Source of the DNA: an uncultured Bacilli bacterium | GTDB lineage: Bacteria > Bacillota_I > Bacilli_A > RF39 > UBA660 | NCBI GenBank assembly: GCA_910587535.1 | Contig: CAJUKM010000001.1 | Location: forward strand, 17,496 to 81,495 | Direction of reading: 5' to 3' | Length of the DNA stretch: 64,000 nt | Part shown: positions 9,286 through 19,428 of the stretch, one piece after another | Layout: every line of letters begins with the position of its first letter | Position numbering within the stretch: the stretch's first letter is position 1 | Position numbers and translations under genes: made by a program | Notes under the pieces: model-generated | The model's database searches: none | What the model saw: the letters and a program-made list of their open reading frames with translations, nothing else | Told to the model about the DNA's origin: nothing

Positions 9286-9795
9286 TTAGAATGGTAGGTC
9301 GTCATCACTAAGTACTACTTCTTCACCGAAGTCTTTGAACGGATCTTCGCTTATATCTGTAGTATTAGGTGTACTAACTTCTTCTCCAGTAGGGAATGGA
9401 ACGTCGTCTTCTAACATCGTACTAGCAGGTGCATCACCCATAGGTTCACTAGGTGTAAACGATGCACTATTGCCACTCGAAGAACGGCTTCCTAGGAATG
9501 TAACGTTATCAGCTATAACTTCAGTTACATATCTTCTCGTACCATCTTGAGCATCATAGCTTCTAGATTGTATTCTTCCTTCTATTCCTACTAATGATCC
9601 CTTTGTACAGAATTTAGCGACATTCTCTGCCTGTCTTCTCCAAACGACTATGTTTATGAAATCTGCTATTCTTTCTCCATTTGCGTTTGGCATTCTGTTT
9701 ACTGCTACCGTAATACGTGTTGTCGCTATTCCATTCGGAGTAGTTCTAAGTTCAGGATCAGCAGTTAGTCTTCCTACTAAAATTGTTCTATTCAT
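9286..9795 (-). CDS. ssb: single-stranded DNA-binding protein
   Basis: OB-fold N-terminus, Gly/Ser-rich linker and an acidic tail ending DDDLPF. Confidence 0.95.
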   Translation of the reverse strand: MNRTILVGRLTADPELRTTPNGIATTRITVAVNRMPNANGERIADFINIVVWRRQAENVAKFCTKGSLVGIEGRIQSRSYDAQDGTRRYVTEVIADNVTFLGSRSSSGNSASFTPSEPMGDAPASTMLEDDVPFPTGEEVSTPNTTDISEDPFKDFGEEVVLSDDDLPF

Positions 9796-9804
9796 AATAA
9801 ACTC

Positions 9805-10095
9805 CTACTCTTCGTCTAATCTAATAATCATATGTCTTAAAATATTTTCATCTAATCCTAAGCGACGATCTAATTCTTTTATAGTTTCAGTTGTCGCATT
9901 AAAATTGATACAATAGTAAAAACCGTTAAGTTGATGTTTAATTTCATAGGCAAGTTTTTTTTGTCCCATGTCTTTGAAATTTGTAACTTCACCGTTTTCG
10001 CTTACGATCATGTTTTTATAATTGTTCGCGATCGATGATGCTGCATCAGCTTCCATTGTAGTCTTAACTATGAACATCAATTCATATTTTCTCAT
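9805..10095 (-). CDS. rpsF: 30S ribosomal protein S6
   Basis: 96-aa S6 family protein, first gene of rpsF-ssb-rpsR. Confidence 0.95.
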   Translation of the reverse strand: MRKYELMFIVKTTMEADAASSIANNYKNMIVSENGEVTNFKDMGQKKLAYEIKHQLNGFYYCINFNATTETIKELDRRLGLDENILRHMIIRLDEE

Positions 10096-10167
10096 AACTA
10101 CACCTCCTTTTGGTCTATGCGGCTTTAGGTTAAACCCAAAGCAAAGAGATTCGGTGATCTCGAAGGT

Positions 10168-10196
10168 ATTATAGCAAATGGGGTATGTTATGTCAA
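10168..10196 (-). promoter_or_regulatory. consensus sigma-A promoter (TTGACA-17-TATAAT) of rpsF-ssb-rpsR, followed by ~65-nt structured leader (possible S6:S18 leader)
   Basis: -35 revcomp at 10191-10196 and -10 revcomp at 10168-10173. Confidence 0.65.
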
Positions 10197-10218
10197 ACAG
10201 TAATATGTCATATTTCGG

Positions 10219-11277
10219 TTAGATTTTTACTTTTAAAAGATGGGCATTATTGATGGTAAGAGTGCTATATAGGAATATGACATCGGCTTTTTTAAAGTCT
10301 ACTAGGGGTTCCATTTTTTCGATGTCGCCATATCTTAAATCTATCAAAGTTATCTTCTTGTAGTAAGGCAATAAGAGAGGCGCCAGACTGCTTGCGAAGG
10401 AGTCTCTAAAAATTATCAATTCTTTTTCAGGTGCATTATGATTTTCTATCGTCAAAAGCGAACTCGGTCCATTTAAGAATACGTCATAAGAGTCGACGCT
10501 TCCAAGTTTTTCTTCATTATAAATTCTATTCGTTTTGTGTTCTAGATGTTCGACTTTTGCGTTTTCGATATTTTTATCTATATAGTAGTTTAGCGTATCT
10601 CGCCTAGAAGGATGAGGTATTTTGGAATAGGAAGACCCACGAAAGTCGGCATAACTCTTTTTTGTATAATTTCTATCTTCGTATTTGAAGTCTAAATACC
10701 GTGATAGATAATTAACTATCTTAAAATAGGATTCTTGTTTTATATGTATATCCGTTTTGAAGTAATCATCTAATTTAAGTTTATCAAAGATATCGATGTA
10801 GTTTATATCTAATTGACCCGTAATTCTTGAAGCCAAAGCTTTATAATCGATAGTCAACACATTTTCATCTAGAAAGTAGGCTTTGTCAGGAATTATAGAA
10901 TAGAAAACGTTGCTTTCTTCGAGATATTCGTTTTTAATCTTTTTTATTTTTTTTATAAAGGCATCGACATTCTTCCAATCGAGCGGATAATTTTTTTCTA
11001 TTATATAATCTTCATATATGTAGGCATCGTTATATTCGCCGTTTAAAAGAAGATTTCTTCGATAAAAACTGTTTAACGCTAGGAAACTATCTCTTTTTAC
11101 GAACTGATCTGTCATATAGTCGTCGACGTTATCTAAGAAATCTTTTTTAAGTTCTTCTTTAGTCGTAAGTTTTCTCCTTTCAAAAAAACTCGTTTCACGA
11201 TTTTCTAGAAACAAAAAACTTATCGATATTGTGCTCAAAGTGGCCAAGAATATTGATGCTAATATTTTATCTTTCAT
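10219..11277 (-). CDS. membrane-anchored SGNH/AlgX-DltD-like acyltransferase partner protein
   Basis: N-terminal signal anchor, 352 aa, immediately downstream of the MBOAT gene (3-nt gap). This is the typical MBOAT plus periplasmic-partner arrangement. Confidence 0.55.
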   Translation of the reverse strand: MKDKILASIFLATLSTISISFLFLENRETSFFERRKLTTKEELKKDFLDNVDDYMTDQFVKRDSFLALNSFYRRNLLLNGEYNDAYIYEDYIIEKNYPLDWKNVDAFIKKIKKIKNEYLEESNVFYSIIPDKAYFLDENVLTIDYKALASRITGQLDINYIDIFDKLKLDDYFKTDIHIKQESYFKIVNYLSRYLDFKYEDRNYTKKSYADFRGSSYSKIPHPSRRDTLNYYIDKNIENAKVEHLEHKTNRIYNEEKLGSVDSYDVFLNGPSSLLTIENHNAPEKELIIFRDSFASSLAPLLLPYYKKITLIDLRYGDIEKMEPLVDFKKADVIFLYSTLTINNAHLLKVKI

Positions 11278-11279
11278 GT

Positions 11280-12656
11280 CTAAAACCTAAAATATATAAA
11301 CGGCTTAAATGAGTCGGAAAGAATAGATGCAATAGATAGGAAGAATATTGACATCAAAAATATGAGTTCTAAAGCGTCTATGCCGTTTTTCAATTTTCCT
11401 TTCTGTAATTTTTTAAGTGTCTCTTTTATGTGTGGACCTATTCCTAGTAAAGAAATTGCGATGATCCCTATCATATTTTTAAGGTAGTAGAGAGTATTAT
11501 GATTTATAAATTTTACTCCGACTCCAAACATTCCTTTTAAACTTGTCGATAGAGTTCGTAGGTCTGTTGTATTAAATATAACAAAGCTTATGAGAATTAT
11601 AAATGGTGTAAAAAAGTTCATAATTTTAGATAGTTTCTTTCTTTTTTTATTCAATAATTTTTCGACAGTTAGAAAGATCGCAAAGTAAACTCCCCATATC
11701 ACAAAATTCCAACTTGCTCCATGCCATAAACCTGTAAGGGTCCAAACGACGAAGATGTTAAATATATTTCTCAATGCCGAACATCTACTTCCTCCTAGAG
11801 GTATATATACGTAGTCTTTGAAAAAGCTTGAAAGTGACATGTGCCATCTTCTCCAGAAGTCCGTTATCGATCTCGCGATTAAAGGGTAATCGAAGTTTTC
11901 TTTAAAGTCGAAGCCTATCATTTTACCCAAACCTATTGCCATGTCTGAGTATCCCGAAAAGTCGTAGTATATTTGTAGTGTAGTGAGTATAGCGACTAAC
12001 CAGTAAGATATGAATGTTTGTTCACTCATCGATATCGCTCTCATAGAACTAAAAAGGACGTCCGCGATTAAAACTTTTTTTGCTAACCCTATTATAAATC
12101 TTCTGACTCCGCTTCCAAATTTCGCAAAGTCTATTTTCTTCGCTTTTAAGTCTTCATCGATATTTTTATATCGGACTATCGGTCCAGCGACTAGTTGTGG
12201 AAATAGCGCTATATAAGTTGCATAGTTTAATAAATTTTTTTCACACGTAACTTGTTTTCTATAAACGTCTATTAAGTAACTCAAATTTTGAAAGGTAAAA
12301 AAACTGATTCCTAAAGGTAGAACGATGTTTGGAATACTGATTTCGGTTTTAAATATATTTTCGACGTTATCTATAAAAAAGTTAGTGTATTTAAAGTAAC
12401 CTAAGCAACCGAGGTTTATCAGTATTCCTATAGTGAGCAAAATTTTTTTGTTTTTGTCATTCATCATTCTCGTTAGGAAATAGTTAAGAGCGCAACTCGC
12501 TAGCAAAAGTAAAACGTATTCTCTTTCTCCAAAGAAGTAGAAAAATAAACTGTATAGTAAGAGTGTGACATTCTTAAACTTTGAGGGCGTTAAAAAGTAG
12601 CACAGAAGAAATATAGGCAAAAAAAAGAAGAGAAAAACTATACTAGAAAATACCAT
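11280..12656 (-). CDS. MBOAT family O-acyltransferase (AlgI/DltB/PatA-like)
   Basis: Multi-TM protein with FWRRWHMSLSSFFKDYVYIPLGG and the conserved His of MBOAT. Confidence 0.85.
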   Translation of the reverse strand: MVFSSIVFLFFFLPIFLLCYFLTPSKFKNVTLLLYSLFFYFFGEREYVLLLLASCALNYFLTRMMNDKNKKILLTIGILINLGCLGYFKYTNFFIDNVENIFKTEISIPNIVLPLGISFFTFQNLSYLIDVYRKQVTCEKNLLNYATYIALFPQLVAGPIVRYKNIDEDLKAKKIDFAKFGSGVRRFIIGLAKKVLIADVLFSSMRAISMSEQTFISYWLVAILTTLQIYYDFSGYSDMAIGLGKMIGFDFKENFDYPLIARSITDFWRRWHMSLSSFFKDYVYIPLGGSRCSALRNIFNIFVVWTLTGLWHGASWNFVIWGVYFAIFLTVEKLLNKKRKKLSKIMNFFTPFIILISFVIFNTTDLRTLSTSLKGMFGVGVKFINHNTLYYLKNMIGIIAISLLGIGPHIKETLKKLQKGKLKNGIDALELIFLMSIFFLSIASILSDSFKPFIYFRF

Positions 12657-12675
12657 AGAAATTCCTCCTTTTTAA

Positions 12676-13125
12676 TCATTCTAAATTTTCAAAGTTTTCT
12701 TTTATCTTTGGAGCTAAGTCGTTAGACATTATCAACACGACTAGATCGCCTTTCGATAAAACGTAAGTATTTTCTGCCTCCACACAGATCCATTTTCTAG
12801 GGTCTGCATTAGCTTCAATATCTTCGACAGCTTTTTCTGCATCTTTAGGATCGTTGAGCCTTATTAAAACTACTGAATGTGCCGTACTGCTCATCGCTTC
12901 ACTAGCGATTGCTTCTTTGTAATCCACATCGGCAAATGCATAGTATTTAAAGTTCTCGTCATTCAGTTCAGTATTGTTCATCATCGCTAATGCTTCACTG
13001 TCGATCCCTTCGTAAAGTTTTTCCATTATGTCTGGAAGACTTCCTTCGATATTCTTCTCCTTGGAACATCCCATTATCGATAACGATAATACTAAGATAC
13101 ATAATAAACAAAAAATCTTTTTCAT
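12676..13125 (-). CDS. lipoprotein (DUF4358-like), 149 aa
   Basis: Signal peptide with lipobox (SIMGC). It lies upstream of and is co-oriented with the MBOAT pair. Confidence 0.5.
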   Translation of the reverse strand: MKKIFCLLCILVLSLSIMGCSKEKNIEGSLPDIMEKLYEGIDSEALAMMNNTELNDENFKYYAFADVDYKEAIASEAMSSTAHSVVLIRLNDPKDAEKAVEDIEANADPRKWICVEAENTYVLSKGDLVVLIMSNDLAPKIKENFENLE

Positions 13126-13164
13126 AATTTTACACTCCTTATGTTAAAGTATATCATTTTTCTG

Positions 13165-13198
13165 AAAAAAAAACTAGCCAATTAGCTAGTCTATTTTT
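13165..13198. terminator. bidirectional intrinsic terminator
   Basis: A8-ACTAGC-caatta-GCTAGT-cTATTTTT forms a perfect 6-bp stem flanked by A and T tracts. Confidence 0.6.
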
Positions 13199-14732
13199 AT
13201 AAAATCGCACTTGTTCCTACACCGAATGGTATGCCTAGAACGTATAATACGATTAGAACAGATATCCACAATATAGCTGTTACTCCAGCATAAGGTGTTA
13301 TGTTTTTAATTGATCCGAGTAAACTTATCGGTTTGTCTCCTTCGCTATATTCGTCTAGAAATGCTAAGTACACAACGAAATAAGCCATGATCGGAGTCAA
13401 TCCATATGCAACACACTCACTTGCACGGAATACCAGCTGTGAAAATTCAGCAGTCATTCCAGCATTCATGAATACAGGTACTAGTACACCGCTCAATATA
13501 GCCCATGCCGATATAGGCGAAGGGAGAACTAGTGTTACAAATATACAGAGTACAAAACTTATCGCAATAAGAGGTATTCCCGTCATATTCGTTCCAGATA
13601 TAAAGTTTCCGATTAGTGCTGTTAAAACTGTTCCTATATTTGTCGCTTTGAATATCGCTATGAACATTGAAGCAAAAAATATCAGAACCAATGTCTTACC
13701 TATTCCATCTAGCGAATGACCTAAGAAGGAACATATATCTTGGTTGTTTTTGATAGTCTTCGCTCCTATTCCGTAGAAAAGTCCACAAAGGAAGAAGAAT
13801 ATCGTCGTTACAAATACAAATCCTTGATTAAAAAATGAATTGTAACCGAAGAGTTTATCGATATATAACGTCTGACTATAGTCTAGTAAGTTTCCTGAAA
13901 AAGGTAGTCCTGGAATTATGTTGTATACGAATATGAGTATGTATATTAATCCTACTGTCAAGCTTAAAGCTAAACCACGTTTTTTCTTTTTGTCCAAGTA
14001 GAACTCTTCCTTTTCTTCTTCTACTTCATATTTCCCTAAACGAGGAATTATTATCTTTTCAGTTATACTCGCTACGGCAAGAGCCATGATGATAGTAAGT
14101 AGTATCATTATAAAGATGAAGGCAAAGTTACTAATGCTGTAACTCGCATCGAGGGATGAGGCTGCCAGCCCTGTATATCCTATCATAGAGGCATCTATAG
14201 AGCTCATAAATATATTTATTCCAGTTCCACAGGTTATTCCTGCAAAAGCCATAATGATGCCCGCTTTCGGATTTCGATGCCCGTATTTAAAACACAGTGC
14301 GCTTATAGGGATCAAGATAATGAAACTCATGTCTCCTATGATACTAGCTAAAACTGCTAAGAAGGACAAGATTATTGTCACCCTGTATTTACTAGCCTTT
14401 TTGGTCACTAGAGTAAAGAAGGCTTCTAAGAATCCACTTTTGTCCATTATTCCGATTCCTATAAGTGTTATTAGCATCATACTTAGTGGTGCAAAAGATA
14501 CGAAATTCGACACTGTTGTTCTAAATATCAATTTGATTCCCGATAGACTAAGTAATGATTTTACCATTACGTTCGTCGTGTCTAAATCTCCTCTTATGGT
14601 ATTTATGGAATTATAATCGGCTGAAAGACCGATAGCACCTAAAATGCCACTTAAAAGAATGGTTATTATAATCAGTATTACAAATGCCATAATTGGATGT
14701 AATACTATTCTTTCCTTTTTTTTACGTACCAC
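13197..14732 (-). CDS. AbgT family transporter (p-aminobenzoyl-glutamate/MtrF-type)
   Basis: 511-aa polytopic membrane protein with AbgT-like sequence features. Confidence 0.6.
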   Translation of the reverse strand: MVRKKKERIVLHPIMAFVILIIITILLSGILGAIGLSADYNSINTIRGDLDTTNVMVKSLLSLSGIKLIFRTTVSNFVSFAPLSMMLITLIGIGIMDKSGFLEAFFTLVTKKASKYRVTIILSFLAVLASIIGDMSFIILIPISALCFKYGHRNPKAGIIMAFAGITCGTGINIFMSSIDASMIGYTGLAASSLDASYSISNFAFIFIMILLTIIMALAVASITEKIIIPRLGKYEVEEEKEEFYLDKKKKRGLALSLTVGLIYILIFVYNIIPGLPFSGNLLDYSQTLYIDKLFGYNSFFNQGFVFVTTIFFFLCGLFYGIGAKTIKNNQDICSFLGHSLDGIGKTLVLIFFASMFIAIFKATNIGTVLTALIGNFISGTNMTGIPLIAISFVLCIFVTLVLPSPISAWAILSGVLVPVFMNAGMTAEFSQLVFRASECVAYGLTPIMAYFVVYLAFLDEYSEGDKPISLLGSIKNITPYAGVTAILWISVLIVLYVLGIPFGVGTSAIL

Positions 14733-14922
14733 TTACGGTCACCTTCTTCTTCATTTTTTTGTTGAATTGTAGTCGATCCATCATTATCTCGTGATTGCAG
14801 CCGGTACATTTGAGTTTTAAATCTACTCCCAATCTCGTTATTTCCCATATTTTACATCCACATGCATGTGGTTTTTTCATTTCGACTAAATCTCCCAAAT
14901 CGATTTTACTTTGATTTTGCAT
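14722..14922 (-). CDS. DUF951 family protein
   Basis: VEMKKPHACGCKIWEITRLGVDLKLKCTGCNHEIMMDR matches the DUF951 consensus. The ATG at 14922 has GGTGGAGG upstream. The ORF call extends to 14970. Confidence 0.75.
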   Translation of the reverse strand: MQNQSKIDLGDLVEMKKPHACGCKIWEITRLGVDLKLKCTGCNHEIMMDRLQFNKKMKKKVTVSGT

Positions 14923-15715
14923 TGTGGACCTCCACCTGATCATACGGAATCTTAATGTCATTTTCGTCATACTTCATTTTTATCAGGCGCAAAATATCTC
15001 TTCTGTATTGCCATACTTTTCCTGGACTACAGTAAATTCTTATGCCGTAATCGACGCTTGAAGAGTTGAGTTCGACAACCCCTATGTATTCAGTTTTTTC
15101 TTTATCCATCGTATCCCATGTACGTATCTCTTCAACTAACTCGCTCAAGATTGCTTCGACTTTCTCGACTTTTTCTTCGTATGCAGTCGGTGCCAATATG
15201 AGATTAGACGCCTTCTTTTGAGATAGATTAATTATTTCTGAGATGTTTCTGTTAGCAACTATTTTGACCTCGCCATCTACACTCATGATCTTAGTCGTCT
15301 TCAAACCGAATTCTATTACTTGTCCTGTAAAGCCTTCATAATTAACGTAATCTCCTATCACAAAGTAATTGTCCATTATGATTACAGATCCGCTGATGAC
15401 ATCTTTTAATGTATCTTGAAATGACAATGCTCCAACTGCAGAAGCGATACCTAGTGAGGCTACAAGAGAGTTGACGTTTATACCGAACATGTCTAAAATG
15501 CAGATCAGCGCTATAGCAAATATCAAAGTCTTCATGATATTTTTTAAAAGTTCTGTCACCGTCTTTTTCTTTTTACGTTCGTAGTCAGTCTTCGCTTTTG
15601 TCAAAGAGTGATCTATTAAAAAATTGACGACTTTATATGCGATGTAAGCAAGAATAATAGTGGCAAGAGTTCCTATGATCTCCTTTTTTAGAATAAACCC
15701 TAAAAATTTTTCCAT
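14906..15715 (-). CDS. mechanosensitive ion channel family protein (MscS-like)
   Basis: 269 aa with N-terminal TM helices and an MscS beta-domain. Confidence 0.8.
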   Translation of the reverse strand: MEKFLGFILKKEIIGTLATIILAYIAYKVVNFLIDHSLTKAKTDYERKKKKTVTELLKNIMKTLIFAIALICILDMFGINVNSLVASLGIASAVGALSFQDTLKDVISGSVIIMDNYFVIGDYVNYEGFTGQVIEFGLKTTKIMSVDGEVKIVANRNISEIINLSQKKASNLILAPTAYEEKVEKVEAILSELVEEIRTWDTMDKEKTEYIGVVELNSSSVDYGIRIYCSPGKVWQYRRDILRLIKMKYDENDIKIPYDQVEVHNAKSK

Positions 15716-15717
15716 TT

Positions 15718-16605
15718 TTATTCACCATCCACGTCGATGTCGATTATCTCTAATATGCGCGCTAAGTCTTCATCGCTATCAAAAGGTATGGTAACTTTTT
15801 TCGAAGATATCGTTACTCTCGTTCCGATTTTTTCTCGCATAGCATTTTCGTATACCGAATAGATCCTATTTAATGGAACTACCCTAGTTACTTTATGTCT
15901 CTTGACAATATCGTCACCCTTGCTTATAGCTTCTAATTCTCGCACACTCAAACCGTTATTTATTACTTTGTATGCTAGGGCAGTGATGTATTCTGGGTCT
16001 TCCATTTTACTCAGTATTTTGGCGTGAGCCATACTCAACTGTCCTCTTGCAACGAGTCTTTTTACCTCTTCAGGTAAGTTTACTAATCCTAAGACATTTG
16101 TAATATAGCTTCTGCTTTTACTAACTCTTTTGGCTAGTTCTTCTTGAGTGCAATAGGTGTTTTTAATAATTTTGTCATAGGCTTCTGCTTCTTCAATCGG
16201 GTTTAAATCTTCCCTTTGGATATTTTCTAGAAGCGCTATTTCCATCATCTCTTGATCGGTGTATTCTTTTACTATTGCTGGAATTTCTGTATACCCTGCC
16301 AATTTTGCAGCTTTAGTTCTTCTCTCACCTGCAACTAATTCATATCCTTTGATACTTTTTTTAACTATGATGGGCTGAAATAATCCGTGTTCTTTAATAG
16401 AATCAGCCAATTCTTGAAGTTTTTCTTCGTCGAAATAAATTCGGGGCTGAAACGGATTGCTTCTAATTTCGGATATGGGAATGTTTTGGATATCTTTTTC
16501 CGTAGCAGACTCTATTATCTCTTTCTCGACTGTATCGAAGTTGATATTTTCGCTGTTAAAAAGTTGTTCTAATCCTTTACCTAAAGCTTTTCTTTTAGTT
16601 TCCAT
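15718..16605 (-). CDS. parB: chromosome partitioning protein ParB/Spo0J
   Basis: GERRTKAAKLAG motif and HTH; overlaps parA by 11 nt. Confidence 0.95.
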   Translation of the reverse strand: METKRKALGKGLEQLFNSENINFDTVEKEIIESATEKDIQNIPISEIRSNPFQPRIYFDEEKLQELADSIKEHGLFQPIIVKKSIKGYELVAGERRTKAAKLAGYTEIPAIVKEYTDQEMMEIALLENIQREDLNPIEEAEAYDKIIKNTYCTQEELAKRVSKSRSYITNVLGLVNLPEEVKRLVARGQLSMAHAKILSKMEDPEYITALAYKVINNGLSVRELEAISKGDDIVKRHKVTRVVPLNRIYSVYENAMREKIGTRVTISSKKVTIPFDSDEDLARILEIIDIDVDGE

Positions 16606-17380
16606 CTCTTTCGATTACCTCCTTCGCCAAATTTAAATATGCTTCAGTCGCTCTACAATTTGGATCGTATTCACAGATAGGTACTCCGTGGCTAGGAGCT
16701 TCTACTAGTCTAATAAGTCTAGGTATTATAGTATTAAACGTCTTATCACCAAAGAATTTCCTTACTTGTTCGACGACTTCTAGACCGAGGTTAGTTCTCG
16801 AATCTAGCATGGTAAGTAATACTCCTTCGATAGTCAGCTCTGTGTTTAGTTTTGTTTGAGTTATTATGATGGTATTTAGTACTTGGGCAACTCCCTCTAA
16901 TGCATAGAATTCACATTGAATCGGAATTAGAACTGAATTACTTGCAACGAGTGCATTCATAGTGTTTAATCCGAGAGATGGAGGACAATCTATTATTACG
17001 TAATCGAATGAAGAAGATACTTCACTAAGCGCATTTTTTAGCTGCGAATTTTTTTTAAACTCCGGATCGTTATATTCCATTTGGACGAGTTCGACGTCGA
17101 GACCTGCTAGATTCATCGTTGCAGGCAAGATAAAGAGTTTTGTAAATTTTGTCTTTATTATGGCGTCTTTTATGTCACATTTATTAGTGAGAACTTCATA
17201 GATACTATTTTTTATCGCTCCTTTATCTATACCGATTCCAGTAGATGCATTTCCCTGTGGATCTAAATCTATAAGCAAAGTCTTTTTGCCCATCTTGCCT
17301 AAAGATGCGGCCAAGTTTATGCTCGTCGTTGTCTTCCCAACTCCACCTTTTTGATTAACTAAAGAAATAACTCTTGCCAC
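16595..17380 (-). CDS. parA: chromosome partitioning ATPase ParA/Soj
   Basis: Deviant Walker A (NQKGGVGKTT). GTG start with an AAGGTG RBS. Confidence 0.95.
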   Translation of the reverse strand: MARVISLVNQKGGVGKTTTSINLAASLGKMGKKTLLIDLDPQGNASTGIGIDKGAIKNSIYEVLTNKCDIKDAIIKTKFTKLFILPATMNLAGLDVELVQMEYNDPEFKKNSQLKNALSEVSSSFDYVIIDCPPSLGLNTMNALVASNSVLIPIQCEFYALEGVAQVLNTIIITQTKLNTELTIEGVLLTMLDSRTNLGLEVVEQVRKFFGDKTFNTIIPRLIRLVEAPSHGVPICEYDPNCRATEAYLNLAKEVIERDGN

Positions 17381-17511
17381 TTATACCACACCTTCACTCT
17401 TGCTTTATTTCTAAACTATTTTAACATAAATGAAGTTTAAAGTAAAATCAAAGTTCGCTAAAATTGAGTAAGAATATGTCGGCTTTAGTTAGAAAGCATT
17501 ATCATATCATT

Positions 17512-17548
17512 TGTACAATAAAAAAGGAATATGGTCTATTCCATATCC
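17512..17548 (-). terminator. intrinsic terminator of ftsH (hairpin overlapping stop codon)
   Basis: Minus-strand GGAUAUGG-AAUAGA-CCAUAUUCC followed by UUUUUUAUU. Confidence 0.5.
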
Positions 17549-19428
17549 TCTTTGATGTCCTCTTCTTTAGAGTTTTCATATTTTGAAAGTTTTCCAGTAG
17601 TTACTAATTCGTCAATCTCTTCTTTAGTGATCGTCTCATGTTCGATTAGAGTTTCACTGATAAGAGTAACTAATTCTTTATTGTCCTTAATTATCTTTGT
17701 TGCATCTTTGTAACATGATTCGACGATTTTTCTAACTTCTGTATCGATTTCTAAGGCAACCTGATCAGAGAAGTTTTTAGCTTTATCGTAGTCTCTTCCT
17801 AGGAATACACTTCCCTGTTTTGATTCTAACTGAACAGGTCCTAAATCGCTCATTCCATATTCCGTTACCATCGCTCTTGCGATTTTTGTAGCACGGCTGA
17901 AGTCGTCTGATGCACCAGTACTTATTTCTCCGAACAATAACTCTTCACTTACTCGGCCACCTAACAATCCAGTTATTTGAGCAAGTAGTTCTTTTTTTGT
18001 TGCTAGATTCATGTGCTCATCTTTAGGAAGCATCATAGTATATCCGCCAGCCATTCCTCTAGGGATGATGGTTATTTTATGAACTTCTTGGGCATCTTTT
18101 AATTTAAGGCCGATTACAGCATGACCTGCTTCGTGTAAACTGACGAGACGTTTTTCTTTATCTGTTATCTTTCTATTAACTTTAGCTGGACCCATGAGTA
18201 CTCTATCCGTTGCTTCATCTATCTCGTCCATCGTAATGGCGTTTTTGTTTCTTCTAACTGTCAAAAGAGCTGCTTCGTTTAAAAGGTTTTCTAAATCTGC
18301 TCCACTAAAACCTGGAGTTCTCTTGGATAGATTTCTTAGGTTAACGGTTTTATCGAATTTTTTGTTCTTAGCATGTACGCCTAGAATTTCTTCTCGCTCA
18401 TCAGCATCTGGGTAGTTTACTGTAACTTGGCGATCGAATCTTCCAGGTCTTAGTAATGCTGGATCCAATACATCAGGTCTGTTCGTAGCAGCGATGATGA
18501 TGATTCCTTCGTTTGCTCCAAATCCGTCCATTTCAGTCAAGAGTTGATTCAAAGTCTGTTCTCTTTCGTCATGCCCTCCGCCTATTCCTGTTCCTCTTTG
18601 GCGTCCCACAGCATCTATTTCATCTATAAATATCAGACATGGAGCATTGTGTTTTGCTTCTTTAAACATATCTCTAACACGGCTTGCACCGACACCGACG
18701 AAAAGTTCTACGAAGTCTGAACCGCTTATATAATAGAAAGGAACGTTAGCTTCACCTGCAACTGCCTTGGCAAGGAGCGTTTTACCTGTTCCTGGAGGTC
18801 CTACTAATAAAACTCCTTTAGGTATTCTTGCACCTAATTTTTGGAACTTTTTAGGATTTTTTAAGAAGTCTATGAGCTCCGCTACTTCCTCTTTTTCTTC
18901 TTTGAGACCCGCTACGTCAGAAAATCTAACTTTTCCTCCGTCAGCATTAAGTTTGGCAGTACTTCTTCCAAAATCCATGGATTTGTTGTTTCCGCTAGTG
19001 ATCTTAGAGAATAAGTAAACTGTTGCAATTACGATAAATGCTAGTGGCAAAACGTTGATTGCAAATGCTAAAAGTGCACTGTTTCCTGGATCTTTAGTAG
19101 TCTCTACTTTAAATTCCATAGAGTCGGCATAAGAAAGTATCTTCTCTAGTACGACTTCAGAGTATGGAACTTCTGCGACGAATTTCTCTGTTTTTTTGTA
19201 ATCCTTAAGTGAACCGTCTATTACGTATATTCCCGATCCTGCTTTAGGAGTTATCTTTATTTCTTCGACTTTTCCATCGGATACTTCTTCGATGAATTTA
19301 TCATATGAAAGTTTATGAACTTCATAGCGCGATACACTGTAATAATATACAGCTCCTATCATCACTAAAAGTAATATTCCATACATCGTCAAAGATTTAA
19401 CTGTATTATTTGAATTATTTTTCTTCAT
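17536..19428 (-). CDS. ftsH: ATP-dependent zinc metalloprotease FtsH
   Basis: AAA+ Walker A and B motifs and the HEAGHA zinc motif, 630 aa. Confidence 0.97.
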   Translation of the reverse strand: MKKNNSNNTVKSLTMYGILLLVMIGAVYYYSVSRYEVHKLSYDKFIEEVSDGKVEEIKITPKAGSGIYVIDGSLKDYKKTEKFVAEVPYSEVVLEKILSYADSMEFKVETTKDPGNSALLAFAINVLPLAFIVIATVYLFSKITSGNNKSMDFGRSTAKLNADGGKVRFSDVAGLKEEKEEVAELIDFLKNPKKFQKLGARIPKGVLLVGPPGTGKTLLAKAVAGEANVPFYYISGSDFVELFVGVGASRVRDMFKEAKHNAPCLIFIDEIDAVGRQRGTGIGGGHDEREQTLNQLLTEMDGFGANEGIIIIAATNRPDVLDPALLRPGRFDRQVTVNYPDADEREEILGVHAKNKKFDKTVNLRNLSKRTPGFSGADLENLLNEAALLTVRRNKNAITMDEIDEATDRVLMGPAKVNRKITDKEKRLVSLHEAGHAVIGLKLKDAQEVHKITIIPRGMAGGYTMMLPKDEHMNLATKKELLAQITGLLGGRVSEELLFGEISTGASDDFSRATKIARAMVTEYGMSDLGPVQLESKQGSVFLGRDYDKAKNFSDQVALEIDTEVRKIVESCYKDATKIIKDNKELVTLISETLIEHETITKEEIDELVTTGKLSKYENSKEEDIKEDME

